This document shows, piece by piece, positions 1-12,394 of a stretch of 64,000 bases of DNA. The stretch is from an uncultured Verrucomicrobiae bacterium (lineage in GTDB: Bacteria > Verrucomicrobiota > Verrucomicrobiia > Limisphaerales > Palsa-1400). The stretch lies in the NCBI GenBank assembly GCA_963707025.1, contig CAVPOM010000003.1, positions 224,001-288,000 on the forward strand. Direction: 5' to 3'. The notes under the pieces are model-generated. The model did not search any database and was not told the DNA's origin. It was given only the letters and a program-made list of their open reading frames with translations. Numbering within the stretch: the first letter of the stretch is position 1; each line of letters starts with the position of its first letter. The translations under genes were made by a program, and so were the position numbers.

Positions 1-908
1 GGTATTGGAAATCAACGGCGCCTGACGCCCCGCCCGCAACGCCGCCTCCCAAGCGTCCACACAAAAGTCCGCCTCCAACGTGTTGCTCAAGCGCCATCCC
101 AGCACGTAACGACTCCACCAATCCATCACCGCCACCAAATACATAAACCCAGTTGCCATAGGCACATACGTAATGTCCGAACACCAAACCTGATCCGGTC
201 CCGTCACTGCCAAATTGCGTAACAGATACGGATAAATCTGGTGCCCCATCTCCCGCAGACTCGTCTTGGGCTTGGCGTAAATCGCCTCGATCCCCATCAA
301 CCGCAGCAGCCGCACCACCCGTTTGCGATTGATGGTCAAACCCTCCCGGCGCAACAGCACGGTCAGTTTGCGGCTGCCATAAACCGGGTGGTCCAAATGC
401 ATCTGGTCCAACCGCCGCATCAGCGCCAGGTTCTCCTCTGTCTCCGGACAGCACTGGTAATAATAACTGCCACGGCACACCGCCAGCAGCTCGCACTGGC
501 GCCGCACGCTGAGCTGCGGATCGGGAGCGATTAAACATGTTAAAGCCCCAGTTGCCTGGACTTTTTTTTAAGCCAGTCCAAGTCCACCGTCAGTTGGCCA
601 ATCTTCTCATGCAGTTGGGCAATCAACTGTTCCTGATCCTCCGTGCGGGGTTACCCGGGCTCAAACAATTCGGGCATGTGATCCCGAATCGTCGCCCGCC
701 ACTGCGTGACCTGCGCCGGATGCACCGCATACTCTCGCGCCAATTGCGCGACCGTCTTCAGCCCCACCAGGGCTTCGAATCCCACTTTGGCCTTGAAGGC
801 CGCACTGTGTCTTTTCCGTTTTGCTTTCATAAGTCTGCTCTTTCTTATCTACAGCAAACCGGCAAAAATCGAAACTTACCTGTGGTCTAAAAATAGGGGT
901 CCAGCTCA
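1..908 (-). mobile_element. IS3-family insertion sequence, copy 1 (runs off window start); orfA has a premature stop
   Basis: Near-identical to 22134-23627 and 25429-26922. Terminal IR TGAGCTGGACCCCTATTTTTAGACCAC ends at 908. CAA->TAA at 651-653 (+ strand 'tta') truncates orfA. Confidence 0.95.
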
Positions 909-2080
909 GGGGTCCGGTTCACGATGTAATTTTGTTTTGCAGCAAAAGCGACAACTTCGCCTGGAATCAAATCTTCCAAGATTATTCCGCGGCTTACATT
1001 GACGGCTTTTATCACAACACAGATGAAAAGGGACGTTTTCAAATTGATAATTTGACAGGCGCCGGCACAAGAACTGGCGAATCTGGCCAAGCGTGGCGGC
1101 AGGTCAATCCAACAGAAGTCGGCCGTCATTGGGCTGTTCCAAACAAAATCCTATTGGAGACCTTTGGAAAAGAAGTCGGAGGATGGACCGTTCAGCAAAA
1201 GTTGGACGCCTTAGACAAACAAGGTTTGATTTATTGGCCACCGAAAGGTCGCGTTCCTCGTTTCAAACGCTATCTCAACGAAAAAGCCGGCGTTCCGATT
1301 AACGATATCATAACCGACATAAATCCAATCGGCGCTCAAGCCCAAGAGCGTCTTGGCTATCCAACGCAGAAACCACAATCATTGCTTGAACGCATCCTTG
1401 AAGCCAGCAGCAATCCGGGCAACATCGTCCTCGACCCGTTTTGCGGTTGCGGCACGACCATTCACGCGGCGCAAAAACTCGGCCGGCAATGGATTGGCAT
1501 TGATGTCACGTACCTGGCCATCAATCTCATCAAACGACGGCTCAAAGACGCTTTCGGGGAAGAAGTTCAATTTGAGGAACGCGGCCAGCCCACGGATTTC
1601 GGCAGCGCGAAGGCGCTGGCGGAACTGGACAAGTGGCAGTTCCAGCAATGGGCGCTCTCCCTGATTGATGCCCGTCCGCGCACGGACGGCGGCGGCAAAG
1701 GCGCGGATCGCGGCGTGGACGGAATGCTTTATTTTTACGAGAGCAAGGAGAAACGGGAGAGAATCCTGGTGCAGGTGAAAGGCGGCGGCGTGCAGCGCAA
1801 CGACGTGGCGACGCTGCTCGGCGACGTGAACAATCAGAAATTTGTGGCGGGCATCCTCATCACCCTGGAAAAGCCGTCCAAACCCATGCGCATCGAAGCC
1901 TCCGACGCGGGCCGGTACACCTCCAAACTTTGGCACGAAAAGGACTATCCCAAAATCCAGATTCTGACCATCGAAGGCCTGCTGGACAAAACGGAGCGCG
2001 TTGACGCCCCGCCGCCACTCAATCCCTTCGCCCAAGCCCAGCGCGAGTCCAAGCCCGAAAAACAACAGGAGATGCTGTGA
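909..2080 (+). pseudogene. 3' part of a site-specific DNA methyltransferase (N6/N4, beta class) fused to a C-terminal Mrr-like restriction endonuclease domain, interrupted by IS3
   Basis: In-frame GPVHDVILFCSK directly after the IS end. YPTQKP and VLDPFCGCGTT (motif I). C-terminal DRGVDG..LVQVKGG nuclease-type motif. N-terminal DPPY/F motif absent. Confidence 0.85.
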
Positions 2081-2115
2081 GCATTTGATGTCGCGGCTTT
2101 CCCCTTAACATTTCC

Positions 2116-2922
2116 GTGGACATATCCTTCAAGCCCAGCCCGCACGAGGAAGCCATCGCTCTCGTCAAAGGAAAGCCCGTCGTCTTGGCGAAGGTTTTCT
2201 ATCCACTGCCGCCTGAAATCCGCGCCCGCCTTTTCACCATCTCCGGCGTCGAGTCAGCCAATGTGATGGAGGCCGTGCGAGAGGAGGTAGCCGCCGTCCC
2301 ATCCGGCCAAACCTGGGACAAAAGCAAAAAAAACATCACGGCTGCCCTCGAACCGTATTTCGGCAAGGAAGCGGCAAGAATACGAGCCGAAGTGATCCTG
2401 CGGGTCAATTGCTACCAGGCCCTGGCCACCGCCAACCACCGCTACATCATGGCCTCGCCGAACATTACGCATTGCCGATACGTCCACGGAAATTGCGAGG
2501 TGCCCACGCCGAGCCACCTCGCGCTCGACGGCATTATCCTCCCCAAAGACGATCCGTTCTGGGACGATCACACCGGCCCGTGGGGCCATCTCGGCTGCGT
2601 CTGCAGAAAAATCGGCCTCTTCGGCGACACGGTTGCCGCCGAGGAAAAGAACGACCAGGCGCGCGAGCCGGACGAAAAAATGGTCCTGACCGGCCCGGCC
2701 CTTTCCCACCTGCACGACGGCGATTTCATCCGCGCCGGGAAAAAATACTCCGTCGGCACCGCGGAGGACAATTTCCAATGGCACCCAGATTACCTGGGCC
2801 TCTCGTTGCAAGAACTGAAAGCGCGCTACGACAGCGAAATATGGAGCCGATTTAAAGAAACCGCTCAAAGGACAACTATTGAGAAGAGCGTCAGCCTTTG
2901 GGAATGGCTCGGCGGGGAGTAA
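2116..2922 (+). CDS. Phage Mu F (gp30)-like head morphogenesis protein
   Basis: RLFTISGV N-terminal motif and PSHLALDGIILPKDDPFW..GPWGHLGCVCR, typical of the MuF domain. Confidence 0.8.
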   Translation: MDISFKPSPHEEAIALVKGKPVVLAKVFYPLPPEIRARLFTISGVESANVMEAVREEVAAVPSGQTWDKSKKNITAALEPYFGKEAARIRAEVILRVNCYQALATANHRYIMASPNITHCRYVHGNCEVPTPSHLALDGIILPKDDPFWDDHTGPWGHLGCVCRKIGLFGDTVAAEEKNDQAREPDEKMVLTGPALSHLHDGDFIRAGKKYSVGTAEDNFQWHPDYLGLSLQELKARYDSEIWSRFKETAQRTTIEKSVSLWEWLGGE

Positions 2923-3310
2923 CTGCCACCGAGGCATCATGCCCGCGCGCCCCTTCTTGCCCGTCCTCAGCGGATGGCTCACTCCCGCCGCCGAAACCCA
3001 GATCGCCGCCGCCGGCCAGGCCGCGCTGTACCGGCAAATCAAAGGCTGACCATGCGCCCGGCCACAAAAGGGGAAATCCCGGAAATCCCGGAAAGACAGA
3101 CCCGCGCCGCCCGCGTAGATTGACGCCGTGACATCGAATAGCGCCATCGCCACTTTGGCCGCCAGCCTCAAGAACGGCTGGAAACTCGGACAAAACGGTC
3201 ATTGTCGGTGCGGTGGGCGGAGCCAGTTGCGCCACAGCCCCAACAGTTCAAAGCCAAAATCGGTGGTCAATCGTGGCATTCGTAAAATCCGCAGTTGTAA
3301 TAAATTCCGC

Positions 3311-3586
3311 ATGAAATCCATCAAACCAACATTCCAGGACTTTCGACTTCCGCCTGCCCGCCGGTTCATCGCACCGGACGCCCCCGGCAAAATCCAGATC
3401 CTCCGTCCCGAACTCACAACCGCGCAGTTTGCCAAAATGATCAACCGCACCCCCAGCCGGGTCCGCCAACTTTACGACCAGGGCATGATCAAAGGCCGGC
3501 GCCTTCCCGGCAGGACACATTACGGACGCATCCTCATCCCCGTCCAAGAACTCACCCCCTGGCTCGGAGACAACGAACCGGCCTGA
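3311..3586 (+). CDS. Small helix-turn-helix DNA-binding protein (excisionase/MerR-like)
   Basis: LTTAQFAKMINRTPSRVRQLYDQGMIKGRR..GRILIP pattern. ATG at 3311. Confidence 0.65.
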   Translation: MKSIKPTFQDFRLPPARRFIAPDAPGKIQILRPELTTAQFAKMINRTPSRVRQLYDQGMIKGRRLPGRTHYGRILIPVQELTPWLGDNEPA

Positions 3587-3767
3587 AGGAGAATCGCAAA
3601 TATCGCAAACATCGCCTGTAAATCCTGAAAAGAAGTGCCCAAAGTGCCTCTATGGCAAAAACAACTGTCAATGCAGGAACGTCCCAGCAAGCCCAATATC
3701 GGCGGCGTCGCCCGGCTTGCAAAAACCAAGCCCGTACAAAATGTAAATCCAACAAAATCAACATATT

Positions 3768-4028
3768 ATGCTTAGATTAGATAAAGACGAGTTCGGTCCA
3801 GCTCTCAGAAAGCTTCGAGATCTGCCCAACAAGCTAAAACAATGGGAAAGAGAAATGAACGCCGCGAGGCCGTTCCGCTTGACCATCGGGAAACCGGCCA
3901 TGAAAGGCCCATTCTCAAACCCCGGAGGCGGCGTGAATCATTTTCACGGGATTTTCGAAAGGGAGCGGAGGGAGGAGGAAATCCGCGCAAGACTCCAAGC
4001 AAAGGCCGATGACTACATGAAACATTAA
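3768..4028 (+). CDS. Hypothetical protein
   Basis: 86-aa ORF co-oriented with neighbours. No recognisable motif. Confidence 0.3.
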   Translation: MLRLDKDEFGPALRKLRDLPNKLKQWEREMNAARPFRLTIGKPAMKGPFSNPGGGVNHFHGIFERERREEEIRARLQAKADDYMKH

Positions 4029-4094
4029 GCAAAACCGGGCCAATAAAGTTAGGAATTAAGCCAAATTAAGCCAAATTAAGCCAAAAAAAGATTT

Positions 4095-4763
4095 ATGACG
4101 CGAAAAGGCAAAATAGCACGGCTGCCGCAAGCCATCCGTGAGCAGATCAACGTCCGCCTGCAAAACGGGGCCGAAGGCAAACAAATCGCCGAATGGCTCA
4201 ATACGCTGCCCGAGGTCCAGGCCGTCATCGCGGCGGAATTTGAAGGCCAGCCCGTCAACGAACCCAACCTCTCGCACTGGAAACTCGGCGGATACCGGGA
4301 TTGGGAGGCCCAACAGCAGGCATTGGAAGCCGTCTCCAGGATCGGAGCGGACGCCGCCGAGATCAATCAGTTGGCTGGCGGACAACTGGCTGATCAATTG
4401 GCCCTTTGCCTGACCGCGCGCATCGCCGTTTCCTTGCAACAGCCCTGTTCCGATGGCGATGATGCTGAAAAACAACGGCAACGGCTGGGCCAATTGTGCG
4501 CGCACCTGGTGGCGCTGCGCAAGGGGGATCACAACGCCGAGTGGCTGCGCATCGAGCGCAAAAAGTTGGAGGTGGCGGTGGAGAAAAACGCGGGCGAACA
4601 AGCCGAACGCTTCATCAAGCTGGTCAACGACCAGGAAGCCGCCGCCATCGCCCTCAGCAGCATGCCGACCCCGGAAAAAATCCAGAAACTTCGCGAAGCC
4701 TACTTTGCCGACGTTGACGCTTTGGAGGCCACGGGCGAAATCCAGGCAATGATGCCCAAATGA
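4095..4763 (+). CDS. Mu gp27/DUF3486-like protein (putative small terminase-type DNA-binding protein)
   Basis: N-terminal RKGKIARLPQAIREQINVRL..IAEWLN resembles DUF3486. Helical C-terminus. Confidence 0.6.
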   Translation: MTRKGKIARLPQAIREQINVRLQNGAEGKQIAEWLNTLPEVQAVIAAEFEGQPVNEPNLSHWKLGGYRDWEAQQQALEAVSRIGADAAEINQLAGGQLADQLALCLTARIAVSLQQPCSDGDDAEKQRQRLGQLCAHLVALRKGDHNAEWLRIERKKLEVAVEKNAGEQAERFIKLVNDQEAAAIALSSMPTPEKIQKLREAYFADVDALEATGEIQAMMPK

Positions 4764-5406
4764 GCCGCAAGGGTATTGAGGCCGCTGTCATCCAACGCGC
4801 CGGAAATGAAAAGTCGCAACACGTTCGACGCAAGGAGGTTGCTGCGCGAGTTTGAGCGGATCTGGCCTGCCAGACAGCCTGGTTTCGAGGGGCCAGCCCC
4901 TCCTCCGCAAGGGAGAAATGAAAAAGTTCAATATGTTGGATTTTTCTCTTGCATGTTGATATGGATTATGGTGTAATCCGCTCAAATACAGCATCTGAAC
5001 AGCAGGGGAAGCCCGTCTTAATTGGGTATGTTGAAGCGGGCCAACACCGCGGCGGATTGGTTGTTAAGTCTTGAGTATGAAAATGATAGACATGCCAGGC
5101 CGGAAGTTCGAGGGGCGCCGTTTGGGGTTTGCCGGGGACGTGGTTCCCATGGGGTTCAAATGCATAACCGCAGGATTTCCGATGGATTGGGCAAGCCTCA
5201 ATCCGGCATGATAATCTCGTAAGAACTGCGATCAGATTAAACCAACATTTGTTCCGAACCGACCGACTGCGAAGAAAAACAAACCGGTGCCTTGGAAAAA
5301 GAAGCGGCGGGGTTTTGTCGCCTCTGCTCCACCACCCAACCAGCAAATTTGTATGAACATCAGCAAGTTAAATTGTCAACCCACAACGGAAACCACTCCA
5401 AATCCT

Positions 5407-8400
5407 ATGCGTAAACACCCAAGCAGCATCCCGATTGTCCTGGCCATGCTTTTGGCGTCCATCGCCGGCCTGACCGCGCACGCCCAATCCTTCACCCCCT
5501 ACTCCAACGCGGTTGTCGCTCTGAATCCGCTCGGCTTTTGGCCGTTGACAGAGACCGTGGCGCCGCCCGCCACCCCGCCGGTCGCGAACAACCAGGGTTC
5601 CCTGGGCTCCACTGGCAATGGGCAGTACTTGGGCGGCGTTTATCCCGGCCAGCCCGGGGCGTTGACGCTTTCCGGCGACAACAGCACTTCGGCGGGTTTC
5701 GACCGGTCCACAGGCGAGGTGGTGGTTCCTTACAGCTCGGGGTTGACCCAGGGCGGGACTTTGGGGATGACATCGGGAGTTGGGGCGGGGTTCACCGCTG
5801 AGTGCTGGTTCAATCCGCTGTTCACCAACGGCACTGCGGAATACATGCTTGGCTATGGCGATTTTGGCAACACCGCCGCCAACCCCCTCACTGCCAGCGG
5901 CGCCAGCATCTATTCAGGTTTCCTTTTGGAAATGACCGGCGCCAGGCTCGAGGTTAAGCTTTACAACACCAACGGCACGACCGCATCGGAGACTCTGGAA
6001 ACTGTCTCCACCGCTGCCTTCCTTTTGCAACAGAACACCTGGTATCATGTCGGCGTGGTGTTTAGCAATAATCCCACAGGCACTTTTAACCTCTTCATCT
6101 ACACCAATGGCGTGCTCGCCACCAGCGCCAATGTCGCGTCGGTCAATGGCCTGGGTTACGCCTTCGTGTCCGATGACGGCCTCGGCCAGGCTGGCACTTC
6201 CATCGGCACCACTTTCACGGTGGGATGCGAGCCAAACCAGGAAGGCTTCTTCCAGGGCAACATCTGCCAGGCGGCCCTTTATCCCAGCGCGCTCTCGTCA
6301 ACTGTCCTGTTGTCGCACTATAACAACGGGCACAATCCCGCTCCCCTGCAGACTTACTCTTCGCTGGTATTGGCGTCCTCCCCCTTGGTCTATCTTCCCC
6401 TGAATGAGAATGGCGCCGGCTACACCTATCCGGTGGCGAATAACTACGGCAGCGCCGGCGCCGCCGGCAACGGGTATTATCTGCCAGGCACAAATCCTGG
6501 CGGCTCCAATGGACCGGCCGCGCTCGGTTCGCCCCAAGTCGTGACCTTCCCCCCCAGCACGCAACGGACGGCCTACGGGTTGACCGAAACCGGCCGGGCG
6601 TTGACCGTCGGCGCCAACGTGGAAATCGCTCCGCTCAACGACCTCCTTTTAAACATCAACACTAATTTCATGGCCTTGCCCTCCTCGACCGCCAACACCA
6701 ATACGACGGTCCTGGCCTGGGTCCAAGTCCCGACAGGCCCGGTCCCCTGGTTCCAGAGGCTCATGGGCAGGAACGACGGCAGTTCCTGGAGAATGAACCT
6801 GAATCAAGGCTTTTATGTGCCCACCAACAACTTCCCTGGATACCCTGATTTCGTGGACGGCGGCCCGGACAACGTTGGCACAACCGCCATCAACGACGGC
6901 CTGTGGCATTTCTGGGCGGCTACATACAATGAAACCAACTTCACCGAGTCCCTTTATATTGACGGCGTCCTCGCCAACAGTTCGTTGATCCAGACCCTGC
7001 CTTCGTATGCCAACACTTCACCGCTGACCATCGGATCAGGAGCCACCAGCACCGGGGACGACGGCGGCAATTTTATGAACGGCAACATCTGTGGCGTCGC
7101 CGTCTTTACCAATGCCTTGTCGCAGGCTCAGATTCAGGCGATCTATGGCTCCACGTACGGCGGCATCATCACCCAGCCGCCGGCCACCGTCAATTATGCC
7201 GCCGGCCCTATCAGCATTTCTGCGGCTGTGCAAGGTTCCTTCGTCCAATGGTACACAGGCACTCCCGGCAGCGGCACGCCCGTCGGGACCGGGGGTAGCG
7301 GTGAGATTTCAGGAGCCAACACCGAGACCTTGACTCTCAATCCTCCCGCGCCGGCCGACTTCACCACCTATTTCGTGATCGTCGGCAACGGCACGACCCT
7401 GGCCAACAGCACCCTCACGGCAACGAGCAGCGTCGTCACGCTGAGCAAACTCAGCATCTCCGGCTCTTTTGTCGCGTCCGTGCAGGCCCTCAACCCGGTC
7501 GGCTTCTGGCCGCTCAACGAGAGCAGCGGCACGGTGGCCTATAACTGGGGCAGTTTGGGAGCCGTCGCCAACGGCGTCTATGTGGCTGACCCGAACGGAT
7601 CCTCCACCTACACCCTGCTGGGCGTGGCGGGACCGAATTATCCCAACATGCCCTCAGCGATGGCCTTCGAATTGGGCTCGACCCGTGCCACTGATATGTC
7701 TGGCGCCGGCGTTTATGTTCCCAACCAGCCCGGCCTCGAGCTTTCAGGAAGCAATTCCATCACGAGAACACCCAATCCGGTCTCGATAGCGGAATGGGTC
7801 CAAGTGATCGGCACTCCCACTTGGTTCCAGAGCGTCACAGGCAAGGGCGACGATTCCTATCGCACGGATGAGGAAGAACCCAACGCCGGGTGGAACGCCC
7901 ACGCCAGCAGCGACCTGCAATCTACTTTCAGCCTGGCTGATGGCAAGTGGCACTTCTGGGTTGGCACATGGGATGGCATCAAGGTTCAGAATCTCTACAT
8001 TGATGGCCTGCTGGCCGGAAACAACACCGTCTCGCCCAACACGGGCGGCAATTCACACCAATTCTTCATCGGCGGCGCGCCCGATTACGTTGGCCGCAAC
8101 TTTTCCGGCAACATCGCCACCGTGGCCGTATTCAACTATGCGTTCACGGCGGCCCAGGCTCTGCAGCTTTGGAACACCATGTACACCCCCTCCATCACCG
8201 TGCCGGCCAATGTGTATTATGCCAGCGGCACCGGCGGCGCGAGCATTACCGCCCAGGCGCAAGGCCCCTACCAGCAATGGTACTACGGCACGCCCGGCAC
8301 CGGCACGCCGGTTTTCAATAGTGGCAGTATCTCAGGAGCGGGCACCACTTTGGGCTCAGCCCTTCCCATTCTGACCTTCACGGCCTCCGGCAGTCCCCTG

Positions 8401-11400
8401 GCTCTTCCGCCGGGCGACTACGGCACCTATTACCTGGTGGTGGGCGATAACAACGGCAACTTTGTCACCAGCAGCGTCGTGACCTTTGCCTCGCTCAGCC
8501 TCGGCGGCACCTTCGACAATGCGGTGCTGGCCCTCAATCCCATCGCCTACTGGCCGCTCAATGAGCCGCCGGCAATGTTGCCTTGAATTACACCCCCACC
8601 TTTGGCCCCGCTCTGAACGGCGTTATCCAGCAGAACAGCGAAGTGCCCAACGTGCTCGGGTTGCCCGGACCGGCTGGTAGCGGGTTCGGTGGCGGCAACA
8701 ATGCCATTTCCTTCGGCCTCCTCACCCCCGGTCCCGGCAACGACCTGCTAGGGGCCAATTATTGTGGAACGGAAAACAATCTTGCCGGGACCCCGTCGGG
8801 CACTGGCATTCGGATTGCCAACAGCAACCTCATGGTTGTCTCCAACTTGAGCATAGCCATGTGGGCTTTGCTGCCGCATAATCTGAATACGGGAGGCAAT
8901 CAAGGCTACGCCTATGGCCAGCAAAACAACGCCAACGGAAACATGGCTTTCTTGGGAGCGACCGGGGGTGGCGCGATCTATTGGTCGGATGGCGGCAACG
9001 CCTTCCAAGGCGGTCCTAATCTGGGCGACGGCACCTGGCACTTCTGGGTGGCGACTTACAATGCCACCAATACCACGACCTCTAATTTTATTGACGGCGT
9101 TTACGTTGCGGGGACCGCAAAAGTACAGGCCAACATCCCCACCTTCAACACGGCTGACGAGATCACGACCATTGGCTCTGATTCTCCCGGCGGTTTCACC
9201 CGGAATTGGAACGGCGACATCTGCCGGATGGCTGTTTTCAGCAACACCCTGACGCCGGCCCAGATCTCCAGTCTGTATAACGTGGCCGGTTTCCCGCCGA
9301 CCTTCACAGTGCAGCCGCCCCCATTGGTGGTCGCCAACGCCGGCACCGTGGCCACCTTGGGCATAGTGACCGCCACGGGAAGCGGGCCGCCCACCTTCCA
9401 GTGGTACAGTGGCGCGCCCGGTTCCGGGACCGCCTTGACCGCTGGCCCGCGCTATCCTTCCGGAGTGACCGGCTCCTCCCTTGTGATTGACCCCGTGGAG
9501 CCAGGCGACGCCGGAGGTTATTACGTGATGGCCATTAACTTCGTCGCGTCCGTTCCCAGCACCGCGGTTACGCTGTCGGTTCCTACCGCGGTCACTGCGG
9601 ATGTTTACGCGGGCGGGAGTCCCACCTTCACCGCGGCGCCGGGCGCCGCTTCTTATCAGTGGAGCAGCAACGGATTCGCGGTCACCGGGGCGACCGGCAG
9701 CTCTTTCACCCTGGCCAACGTGACGGTGGCCCAATCTCCCGTGACGGTGTCTTGTTTGATTAACGGCACCATCAGCAGCGCCACTTATACGGTGAATATC
9801 GCCGCCGCGCCGACCGACTTGTATCCTCTGGCGGTGCTGGCCGACCATCCCATCGCCTACTGGCGTTTGGATGAAGCCGATAATGGAACCGGCAACAACG
9901 GGCTGCCTGCCTTCGATTATATCAGCGGCAACAATGGCATTTACAGCAACACCACCCTCGGCGCGACGGGCTACCCCATTGACGCCGGCGTGGCTGTCAA
10001 CAGCGACGGGGCGGCCCAGTTTGGCTCGCTGGCCACCTCCGACAGCTTTGCCGCGTTCATTCAGAATATAGATTTCGGGCTGGCGGCCAGCAATTCCCCG
10101 GCCCAACTCGGCAACGGGGAGTTCTCGGTGGAAGCCTGGGTCTTTGGAGTGCAAGGAGGCAACAGGGGCATCGTCACCAAGGGCTATGGCGGCGGCAACC
10201 AGACCTTGCCGTACGGCGAGCAGTTCTCGCTCCAGACCAGCGCCGCCGGCGCGAATTTCGAGTTCCTGGTTAATGACGCGGCCGACGACACCGCCAACCT
10301 CACCTATGTCACCAGCCCCAACGCCTTGAGCGGCGATTTCGTCACGCCGCTCTGGTACCACCTGGTCGGCGTCTGTGACCAGACCAATGGCTACATTTAT
10401 CTCTATAAAAACGGTTTGCTGGCCGGCAGATCCGCCCTGGGCGCCGGCAAAGGGATCTTAAGCGCGCCGACCACGCCGTTGAGCATCGGCGCCAAGCAAA
10501 CGGCCGACGACAGCGGCAACTACACCGGCCAGTGGATTGGAACGGTTGATGAAGTGGCCATTTACAACAAGGCCCTGACCTCCAACCAGGTGCAGAACCA
10601 CTATTTCGCCGCCGGGATTGTGCCCATCTTCCTGGTGGAACCGACCAACGATCCCAACATCGGCAGTTCCGCCAGTACCAACGCGGGTCTGGGATCGAGC
10701 GTGACGCTGACCTCGCTGGGCTTCGGCAGCCCGGCCTTGCATTACCAATGGTATGATTACAATGGCGGCGCACCCATTGCGGTGAGTTCGGCGGCTGAAC
10801 CGGGAAACATCGGGGCCACCACGCCGACGCTCACGCTGAAGAACGTCAGCTCGATCGCCGCCGGCGGCACCGTCAACACCATCGGGAGCGGGGCTTTCTT
10901 TGTGACGGTGAGCAACCCCTATGGCTCCACCAATAGTGCCATTGTGACGATCACCCCTGTTTCCGGCCCGCCGTCCATCAGCCCGAATCTGCCGGACACG
11001 ACCTACGCGCTGGTGGGCGGCTCCGCTGTTTTCTCCGTGGGCCAGAACGGGCAATTCCCGCAAACCAATGCCTGGTACTACAACAACGGCGGCGGCGCCG
11101 TGAAGCTGACGGAACGGGCCCCGTATCAGCGGCTCCACCACCGGCAAGCTGACGATTGCCAACGTGACGCTGGCCGACGAGGGCACTTATCAGGTATTTA
11201 TCACCAACGCCATCTCGTATCCGTCCGCAGTGTCGAGTTCTCCTTCAACGCTGGTGGTTGACTTGGAGCCGGCCTTCAACGGCGGCGGCGGCTGGACGCT
11301 GAATTTCGTGGGGGGGACGACAACGTTCCCGACCATCTCCGGCACCTTGCTGACCATTTCGCAAGATGTCGGTGGTCAGGCCAACAGTTTCTTCTTCAAT

Positions 11401-12153
11401 ACTCCGATGTATTGCGGCGCCTTCAAGGCTTCGTTCACCTACCAGGATGTCAACACCGCCGGGGCGGATGGGTTTGCCTTCTGCCTGCAAAATGATCCCA
11501 GGGGTGTGGCGGCGCTCGGTGAGGGCGGCGGCGACCATGCTTATGGCGGCAATGAGACAGCGAACGCCGACGGCATCACCAACAGCGTCGCCGTCAATTT
11601 CAACATCTACGCGGGCGGCACCGGTTACGCCGGCGGAAATGGCATGGCCATGTCCTTCGATGGGTTGCAGGGTGGCGGCGATCCGCAAGCCGGGGGCTTT
11701 GGCCCCGTTGGTGGTGGTGTCAGCATCCGCAATGGCGATCAGATCAACATCGCCCTCAACTATGATGGCAATACCATGACCGTCACATTGTCGGATCCGA
11801 GCATCCCCGCTACCTATGTCACCAACTATCTGATCGGCCCGGTCTCGGCCTATCTGGGCGGCAATACCGCCCTGATCGGATTCACCGGCGCGACCGGGGG
11901 AGTCGAGTCTCAGCAAAATATCTCCGCGTTCTCCTACACCCCGATCCCGATTATGTCGGCGGGGATGAGCGGCAACAACGCCGTGATCACCTGGCCGACC
12001 GGGATAGGCGGTTATGTGCTGCAATCCTGCGCGACCGTCAATGGAACCTATACGGCGGTGACGACGGGTTCCTTTACCATCGTCAACGGGAATAACCAGT
12101 TGGTTGTGCCGGCGGGCCCAGGCAATACCTTCTACCGGCTGTTCCTTCAATAA
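5407..12153 (+). CDS. Giant secreted multi-domain protein (~2250 aa): repeated LamG/concanavalin and Ig-like domains, legume-lectin-like domain, C-terminal FYRL-type tail; two apparent frameshifts (~8567, ~11110)
   Basis: Signal peptide MRKHPSSIPIVLAMLLASIAGLTAHA-Q. Repeated P(L/V/I)(G/A)(F/Y)W(P/R)L.E and DG.WHFW LamG motifs. GADGFAFCLQND and IGFTGATGG lectin motifs. Ends ITWPT..YVLQS..FYRLFLQ. ORFs 5287-8586, 8583-11261 and 11164-12153 join across single-base shifts. Confidence 0.85.
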
Positions 12154-12211
12154 AGAACCGGTTTGAACGGGATGCCGGCAACTTCGGCATCCTGGCAAAA
12201 AGAGAATACAG

Positions 12212-12247
12212 GCAGCGGCTGGGAAGAAATTCCCAGCCGCTGTTTTT
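12212..12247 (+). terminator. Intrinsic terminator
   Basis: GCAGCGGCTGGGAA-gaaa-TTCCCAGCCGCTGT hairpin followed by a T-run downstream of the giant gene. Confidence 0.8.
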
Positions 12248-12394
12248 AAAGGATTTTGTCCGGACAAGAATTCAAACAAAGAGGTGGTGATGCCGTGATG
12301 CGGTGTAGTGTCGAGCCTGTGGCTCGAAATCGGCGCATAGCGCCGACTCTGCAACATTCAGTTTAGGCAAGATCAAACAGTAGCAAGAATAGAT

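Noticed and set aside
241..890. Plus-strand ORFs in IS3 (also their mirrored copies at 22152-23356 and 25700-26904)
   Set aside because: Antisense shadows of the transposase.
4780..5400. Riboswitch or ncRNA upstream of the giant LamG gene
   Set aside because: Long intergenic region, but no recognisable conserved motif or convincing structure by eye. An Rfam search would be needed.
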